From Gemmatimonadaceae bacterium (GTDB taxonomy: Bacteria > Gemmatimonadota > Gemmatimonadetes > Gemmatimonadales > Gemmatimonadaceae): a stretch of DNA of 64,000 nucleotides. How positions within the stretch are numbered: the stretch's first letter is position 1; the number at the start of each line of letters is the position of its first letter. The notes under the pieces are model-generated. The model had not been told where the DNA came from. It ran no database searches and worked only from the letters and a program-made list of their open reading frames with translations. This document shows positions 58,673 to 64,000 of the stretch, piece after piece. The position numbers and the translations under genes are program-made. The stretch is taken from assembly GCA_044224875.1 (NCBI GenBank), contig JBGAJQ010000014.1, positions 27,350-91,349 on the forward strand, in the 5' to 3' direction.

Positions 58673-59155
58673 ATGCACGGATTTCCTGTCTGGACTCGCG
58701 CTGGCCTGGCAACACTGGCGGTCTTCCTCCTTTCCTCGCCAGTAGGGGCCCAGCGGAGCTCGGACCCCAGCGGGGTGCGCGTGGGTGCACAAATCGTCAC
58801 GGGCACTGTCGTGGCGCCCTTGGCGTTTGTGGCCGGTGGACTTGCCGCACGTGCCTTGGCCGTCCGAGCTGGGGCTAGCGAGGACGGAGCGCGGAACGCC
58901 GCCTACATCGGTGCCTGGACGCTGGCCGGAGTCGGGACGTCCATCGTCCCGCCGCTCCTCTTGCGCGGTGGAAACTACCCAGCGTCCGTGGCGGGGACCG
59001 TCGTCGGCGGTGTGGCGGCCTCGGGCCTCGTGTGGGCCGGCCGGCGCATCTTTCACGACGCCGCGCGGTGCGGCGTACTCTGCACAATCGTTGGTGCCGC
59101 GGCGTTCGCATTGCCTGCCACTGGCGCCACCCTGTTCTACAATCAGTCTCGTTAG
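58673..59155 (+). CDS. Hypothetical Gly/Ala-rich membrane or exported protein
   Basis: Signal-like N-terminus and several hydrophobic segments. Confidence 0.6.
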   Translation: MHGFPVWTRAGLATLAVFLLSSPVGAQRSSDPSGVRVGAQIVTGTVVAPLAFVAGGLAARALAVRAGASEDGARNAAYIGAWTLAGVGTSIVPPLLLRGGNYPASVAGTVVGGVAASGLVWAGRRIFHDAARCGVLCTIVGAAAFALPATGATLFYNQSR

Positions 59156-59168
59156 GCGAAGGCTTGTC

Positions 59169-59621
59169 GTGGCCGTCCCGTGCGTCCCGATCCTGTCGCT
59201 GGTGGTGGGCATCGTGGCCCTGCCGTCCTCCCTGGCGAGCCAACAATCGACCAGGACGCCGCCGTGCCTGCGCTTCGCCTTCGGCCCGTGGCGGCCTCCG
59301 TTGGACTGGGAAGGGGCCGGGCACGCGGGCAGCGCCGAGCACAACGGTGAAGCTGTCCGGCGGTTGCGTGACTCGATCTTCCTGCAGCAACCTGGCCGTG
59401 ACCATGGTGACGGGATGGCGTGGGACGAGCGATCAAATGGCGCGCGCCTGTATCTCTTTCCGGAGTGGTGGCCCGCGGGTGTCGTGATCCAGTTCGATAC
59501 CACTGCCGTGGCTGGCGATACGTTACATGGTGTGGCCGAGGCCATGGTGGCTGACGCCGGTGCCCAACGCAGTACGGCACGCGTGCGTGCGTTACGTGTG
59601 GCCTGCGGTAACAGTCGTTAG
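59169..59621 (+). CDS. Hypothetical secreted protein
   Basis: 3' part of ORF 58785..59621 with a signal-like VVGIVALPSSLASQ segment; start uncertain. Confidence 0.5.
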   Translation: MAVPCVPILSLVVGIVALPSSLASQQSTRTPPCLRFAFGPWRPPLDWEGAGHAGSAEHNGEAVRRLRDSIFLQQPGRDHGDGMAWDERSNGARLYLFPEWWPAGVVIQFDTTAVAGDTLHGVAEAMVADAGAQRSTARVRALRVACGNSR

Positions 59622-59714
59622 GTCGCGGCGTACCGTCTCGTCGCGCCGTCCGGCTTGCCTCCCTCGGCAGGCCGCTTAGCTTGTCTCGATACTCACGAGG
59701 GAGTGCAATACCGC

Positions 59715-60131
59715 ATGACCAACCAAGTCGTTGCGCGCTTTCTGGACGGGCGAGTGCTCAAGGGCACGAGCCTGGACGTCGATCCCAAACGCCCTCAGTG
59801 TCACATTCGCACGGGCGACGGGGCGATGGTCGAAGTGCAGATGTCTGAACTGAAGGCGCTCTTCTTCGTGCGTTCGCTGGCGGGAGATCCAAAGCGGACT
59901 GACGCGCACCACATTGCGCCAACCGATGCCCGCCTACGGGGCGCGCGATTGGTGGAAGTGAAGTTCAAGGATGGAGAACGGATTACCGCCCTCTCCATGC
60001 GCTATCCCCTCCCAACTGGCTTTTTCTTCCTCACGCCGGTGGATACCAGCGGCAACAACCAGCGTATCCTCGTGAATGGTGGTGAGGTCGAGACCGCGAC
60101 ATTGGTCGACAACCCCGGGAGTGCTCGTTAG
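59715..60131 (+). CDS. Conserved hypothetical protein with two small beta-domains (DUF6982-like)
   Basis: VVARFLDGRVLKG, LKALFFVR, VEVKFKDGE and GFFFLTP motifs; GAGGGAG upstream of ATG 59715. Confidence 0.7.
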   Translation: MTNQVVARFLDGRVLKGTSLDVDPKRPQCHIRTGDGAMVEVQMSELKALFFVRSLAGDPKRTDAHHIAPTDARLRGARLVEVKFKDGERITALSMRYPLPTGFFFLTPVDTSGNNQRILVNGGEVETATLVDNPGSAR

Positions 60132-60810
60132 GCATCAGCAGGCTCGCGCCGTTCGCTATCGCGCGGCACTCGTCGCGGCGATCGTGCTGGGGGGCTGCCG
60201 AGCCGCCCAACGCCCGGCACCGTCCCCAGCATCACTGACGGACCCCGACGCGATCCTGGCCGACGCTCACGCGCCCGACTCCTTCGCCGTTCGCTTCGAA
60301 ACAAACCAAGGCACCTTTCGTGTGCTGGTGCATCGGAACTGGGCCCCGTTGGGAGCGGACCGATTCTACGCCTTGGTGCGTCACCAGTTCTTCGATGAGC
60401 AGCGTTTCTTCCGCGTACGGAAGAACTTCATCGCGCAGTTCGGCCTGCACCCGGACCCGGCTGTCATTGCAGCCTGGAAGCCACGCCGGATGCGCGACGA
60501 CTCCAGCCGCGTTTCCAACCGGCGCGGAACGTTAACCTACGCCTTCACGACGGCCGACACGCGGAGCACGCAGATCTTCATCAATCTCGCGGACAATGCT
60601 CGGCTCGACGCCGAGGGTTTCGCCCCGTTTGGCGAGATCGTGCAGGGAGTTGAGGTCATCGATCGCTTGTATGCGGGATATGACGAATCCGCGGGCGGCG
60701 GAATGCGTGCTGGCAAGCAAGGGCGGATCGAGGCCGAGGGGAATGTCCATCTCAAGCGCGACTTCCCCTTGCTGGACTACATTCGGCGGGCGCGACTCAT
60801 TCCGGAGTAG
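60121..60810 (+). CDS. Cyclophilin-type peptidyl-prolyl isomerase lipoprotein
   Basis: WAPLGADRF, FFRV, AQFG, TQIFINLADN and GFAPFG motifs; lipobox LGGC; start uncertain (ORF from 60076). Confidence 0.9.
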   Translation: MLVRHQQARAVRYRAALVAAIVLGGCRAAQRPAPSPASLTDPDAILADAHAPDSFAVRFETNQGTFRVLVHRNWAPLGADRFYALVRHQFFDEQRFFRVRKNFIAQFGLHPDPAVIAAWKPRRMRDDSSRVSNRRGTLTYAFTTADTRSTQIFINLADNARLDAEGFAPFGEIVQGVEVIDRLYAGYDESAGGGMRAGKQGRIEAEGNVHLKRDFPLLDYIRRARLIPE

Positions 60811-60843
60811 GCGAGGTCGAGGCCGGGGCATACTTTCTCCGGT

Positions 60844-61344
60844 ATGAACTCACTGGAATCGTTCCTCGACTATTGGGAGTCAGTGCGTGCCCGCACGACG
60901 CGCGTTGTCCGGTGCATCCCCGCCGACAAGATGGAATGGACGTGGGCACCGGAGCGGTGGTCGTTAGGCGACTTGGTTCGCCATCTCGGTGGAATCGAAC
61001 GCGGCATGTACGCGGAAACCGTGCACGGGCGTCCGTCGCAGTATCCGGGTCACGACCGTCTGCTGGCAGACGGCTATGATGCCACGCTGGCCTACCTCGA
61101 GCAGTGCCACCGGGTCTCGATGGAGCTCTTTCGCGCGATGACGCCGGGACAGTGGGAGGGCAAGTGCCTGACGCCCGCGGGGACGTCGATTAGCACGTCA
61201 AAGTGGTTACGCGCCATGGTCGAACACGAGGCGCATCATCGTGGTCAGATCTACCTCATGCTGGCCATGCTGGAGGTTCCCACGCCGCCACTTTACGGGC
61301 TGACGGAGGAGGAGGTTCGGGCACGATCAATCAAACCGGAGTAA
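60844..61344 (+). CDS. DinB-family protein
   Basis: GDLVRHL and MVEHEAHHRGQ His triad. Confidence 0.9.
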   Translation: MNSLESFLDYWESVRARTTRVVRCIPADKMEWTWAPERWSLGDLVRHLGGIERGMYAETVHGRPSQYPGHDRLLADGYDATLAYLEQCHRVSMELFRAMTPGQWEGKCLTPAGTSISTSKWLRAMVEHEAHHRGQIYLMLAMLEVPTPPLYGLTEEEVRARSIKPE

Positions 61345-61348
61345 AACC

Positions 61349-62239
61349 ATGACGCGACGCATCGCGTGGCTTGCGGCCATGTGGCTGCTCAACGGCGTGT
61401 CGGCGATCGCCCACGCGCAGGAGCGACGGAAGCCGGGTCGCCCGGAGCAAGAGGGTGGCGCGCGTGCCGGCGGTGCGGCCGTCGCAGGGATCGCGAATCC
61501 GCGATTGGTGGAGCTGACGCACGAATTGGGGGCGACGACACCCAGCTGGCCGGGCTCGCCCCAGGGTTTTCGCCTGGATACGATCGCGGCCGGCCGCAAC
61601 GCCGAGGGGCGCTATGCGGCGATGTTCTCCCTGTCGTTGCCGGAGCACTTCGGGACGCACTTGGATGCTCCGCATCACTTCGACGAGCGAGGGGCAACAC
61701 CGGCCCAGATTCCGCTTTGGCGACTTATGGGACCAGCCGTTGTGATCGACGTCAGCGACTCGGCGGCCGCCAACCGCGACTACACGGTCAGACGGGAAGA
61801 CATCGAGCATTTCGAGGCGGAACACGGCCCAATTCCGGAACTCACGATCGTGCTGGTTCGCACAGGATACGCCGCGTACTGGCCGAATCGCGCGCGGTAT
61901 TTTGGGTGGGATTCCACCCAGACGCCGGTTCAAACGCACTTTCCCAGCCTGGGCGAAGCGGCCGTCAGGTTTCTCGTCAACGAGCGGCGGATTGCAGCTG
62001 TCGGAGTAGACGTGGCGTCGACCGACGCGGGGACCGCATCGGCATTCCCGGTGCACCGGCTGCTTGGTGAGGCCGGCGTGCCGGGGTTCGAGAATCTCGC
62101 CGACCTGAGTGAGTTGCCCCCGACGGGAGCGTACGTGGTGGCACTTGCCCCTCGAATCGTGGGCGGGTCCGGGGGACCCCTGCGTGTCGTCGCCTTGATG
62201 CCGAGGCGCGATCGAGGCAACCGTACGAACCGTCGTTAG
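61349..62239 (+). CDS. Cyclase-family (KynB-like) metal-dependent hydrolase, secreted
   Basis: EHFGTHLDAP, VLVRTG, HFPSL, ENL and GGSGGPLR motifs; signal peptide. Confidence 0.9.
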   Translation: MTRRIAWLAAMWLLNGVSAIAHAQERRKPGRPEQEGGARAGGAAVAGIANPRLVELTHELGATTPSWPGSPQGFRLDTIAAGRNAEGRYAAMFSLSLPEHFGTHLDAPHHFDERGATPAQIPLWRLMGPAVVIDVSDSAAANRDYTVRREDIEHFEAEHGPIPELTIVLVRTGYAAYWPNRARYFGWDSTQTPVQTHFPSLGEAAVRFLVNERRIAAVGVDVASTDAGTASAFPVHRLLGEAGVPGFENLADLSELPPTGAYVVALAPRIVGGSGGPLRVVALMPRRDRGNRTNRR

Positions 62240-62278
62240 GATACCGATGGCGGAACTGCCACTGCGAGGAAGAGGCTG

Positions 62279-62761
62279 ATGGAAGACATTACACCGTATG
62301 CGAGGCTGGACGTCACCCATCGTGGGGTTGATACCGGGGCCGCCCTATCGGTCCTGGTGGCTCGCGTGCTCTTGGGCGTGAGCACGTTGCTTCCCGCGAT
62401 GTGGAGGGTGTTTCACGTCGGCCCCTTTGCCCAAGCACGACAGGAGTTCGTTGCCCCGCTCTCGGGCACGATGATCCCGATCTGGCTTCGGTGGCTCATC
62501 GGGTTTCCCATTCCCTTCGTCGACCTGATCGCGGGAGCCCTCATCCTGCTCGGTGTGCAGGTGCGAGGGGCGTCGGTGGCGGTCTCGGCCACGATCCTGG
62601 CCATGGCGTTAGGCGCTCTCGTGCGCGAGCCGCTTCATGACTTTCCGCTGCAGTTGTTGCCGCGGGTGGCCCTTGTGTTGTACGTGATGGCCATGCCCGA
62701 ATCCGTGGATCGGTGGGGCTTGGAGCCGTGGCTTGAACGCAAAGGATGGATGCCAAGGTAG
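62279..62761 (+). CDS. DoxX-like membrane protein
   Basis: Four TM segments; ARVLLG and PFVDLIAGALILLG. Confidence 0.65.
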   Translation: MEDITPYARLDVTHRGVDTGAALSVLVARVLLGVSTLLPAMWRVFHVGPFAQARQEFVAPLSGTMIPIWLRWLIGFPIPFVDLIAGALILLGVQVRGASVAVSATILAMALGALVREPLHDFPLQLLPRVALVLYVMAMPESVDRWGLEPWLERKGWMPR

Positions 62762-62871
62762 CATTCAGGACGATTGCGCCTGTACGCGGGGTACGACGCG
62801 CATTACCGTGAGCGTGGAAGGGGGCGGCTAAAGCCCCTCGTCATGCAAGTGATCGAACCGGGAGACGGCTC

Positions 62872-63738
62872 ATGCGGTGGACCCCAGGAGAACGCAGCAG
62901 CGACATTGAAGACCGGCGCGGAGCCGGTGGTGGTGGGATGCGCGGCTTGCCGGGCGGTGCTGGACGCTTGGGATTGGGGGGGATGGTCATCCTGCTCATC
63001 CTGAGCTTGGTGTTCAAGCAGGACTTTTTCAGCCTGTTGAGTGGAGCGGCGCCGGGACCCTCTGCGAGCGAGACCTCTGCGCCTGTGCGATCGAGCCCGC
63101 AGGAAGACTCCCTGGTCCAGTTTGTTTCTTTCGTTCTGGATGATGCCCAGTCCACGTGGGCCAAGGTGTTTGCCGCCTCTGGGAAGCCGTGGACGAATGC
63201 CAAGTTGGTCCTGTACCGCGACGCCACGCAGACGGCGTGCGGCTACGGTGAGTCAGCCTCGGGGCCGTTCTATTGTCCCGGCGATCAGAAGGTGTACATC
63301 GACCTGAGTTTCTACGAGGAGCTGCAGTCCCGCTTTGGCGCTCCCGGAGACTTTGCGCAGGCCTATGTGCTCGCGCACGAACTCGGCCATCACGTGCAGA
63401 ACCTGCTCGGGACCGACGCGCAGGTCCGTCGGCTGCAACGTTCCAACCCGGGCGCCCAGAATGCGCTATCCGTTCGGTTGGAGCTGCAGGCTGACTGCTA
63501 TGCCGGCGTGTGGGCGAACAACACCGCCCGGCGCGATCTCCTGCAACAGGGGGATGTGGAGGAGGGACTACAAGCGGCGTCGTCTGTGGGGGACGATCGG
63601 CTACAGAAGCAGTCGACCGGACGCGTGAATCCCGACGCATTCACCCACGGATCTTCCCGCGACCGAATGGAATGGTTCCAGCGCGGCTACCAGAGCGGGC
63701 AAGCGGCATCGTGCGACACCTTCAAGGGCATCAGCTGA
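62872..63738 (+). CDS. YpfJ-like neutral zinc metallopeptidase
   Basis: IEDRRG, GPFYCP, GDFAQAYVLAHELGHHVQ, ELQADC and FTHGS motifs. Confidence 0.93.
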   Translation: MRWTPGERSSDIEDRRGAGGGGMRGLPGGAGRLGLGGMVILLILSLVFKQDFFSLLSGAAPGPSASETSAPVRSSPQEDSLVQFVSFVLDDAQSTWAKVFAASGKPWTNAKLVLYRDATQTACGYGESASGPFYCPGDQKVYIDLSFYEELQSRFGAPGDFAQAYVLAHELGHHVQNLLGTDAQVRRLQRSNPGAQNALSVRLELQADCYAGVWANNTARRDLLQQGDVEEGLQAASSVGDDRLQKQSTGRVNPDAFTHGSSRDRMEWFQRGYQSGQAASCDTFKGIS

Positions 63739-63800
63739 CGGTGGTGCCGAGACTCGCGTGTGCCGAGTACCCGGCCCCGCAGCGAGTGAGCCTGTAAACG

Positions 63801-64000
63801 GTGCGCATAACCCTCCTCTGCAATCGCGACATCCACGCGAACGCCGCGGTAAACCTGCTCCTTCCCGCACTGCGCTCGCACGACGTGACGATGTTCGTGT
63901 CGGACGGTCCCTCGAAGACCGCCACACTTCCCGAGGGCTTTGGGGAGCTCGTAAGCGCGGAGCGCACGATTCCAAACACGGTAGTTTGGCCGCTCGCGAA
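63801..64000 (+). CDS. 5' fragment of a gene running off the window, possibly formyltransferase-family
   Basis: Open frame from GTG 63801 (MRITLLCNRDIHANAAVNLLLPALRSHDVTMFVS...) with no stop before 64000, so it is absent from the ORF track. The family guess rests on recalled N-terminal similarity only. Confidence 0.5.
   Translation, partial: MRITLLCNRDIHANAAVNLLLPALRSHDVTMFVSDGPSKTATLPEGFGELVSAERTIPNTVVWPLA

Larger units (their letters stand above)
442..62614. repeat. Dispersed iterated octamer CGTTAGGC / GCCTAACG
   Basis: About 30 exact copies by hand count (17 plus strand, 13 minus strand); see findings. Confidence 0.8.

Noticed and set aside
58271..59545. 424-aa minus-strand ORF
   Set aside because: Overlaps three more plausible genes; low-complexity Arg/Pro/Ala composition.
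442..62614. Telomere-like (TTAGGC) or CRISPR interpretation of the octamer
   Set aside because: Copies are single and dispersed, never tandem or regularly spaced; the resemblance to eukaryotic telomere repeats is treated as coincidence.
1..64000. tRNA, rRNA, IS elements, integrases, prophage and defence systems
   Set aside because: No supporting motifs, terminal repeats or marked compositional islands seen by eye; a covariance-model scan would be needed to exclude small RNAs.

Overview
GC-rich (roughly 64% by eye), densely coding bacterial chromosomal segment with about 57 genes. I found no rRNA, tRNA, CRISPR array, IS or prophage. Gene content (PEP-CTERM protein, DUF885, paired MacB-type permeases, many secreted peptidases) suggests Gemmatimonadota, which is an inference. 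Main blocks: (i) sahR-ahcY with a clear sigma70 promoter and a palindromic operator, next to NAD-salvage genes (pncA-like, pnuC, nadR-like); (ii) a cyanophycin operon, cphB-cphA plus a CphA paralogue that lacks the ATP-grasp domain; (iii) a five-gene wecB / YaiO barrel / membrane protein / GT2 synthase / beta-helix operon, followed by a PEP-CTERM gene behind a sigma54-type promoter; (iv) a frameshifted aldo/keto reductase with TIGR04076 and NhaC-family neighbours; (v) hrpB, an Fpg/Nei glycosylase, ada, NfeD/flotillin, an ABC1 kinase, mtgA, a NamZ-like gene, ABC permeases, a degenerate EAL-HDOD protein and many peptidases. The most striking unexplained signal is sequence-level. The non-palindromic octamer CGTTAGGC/GCCTAACG occurs about 30 times (hand count) on both strands, inside genes and across stop codons, about ten times a simple composition-based expectation. 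All family assignments come from motif recognition by eye, not from database searches.
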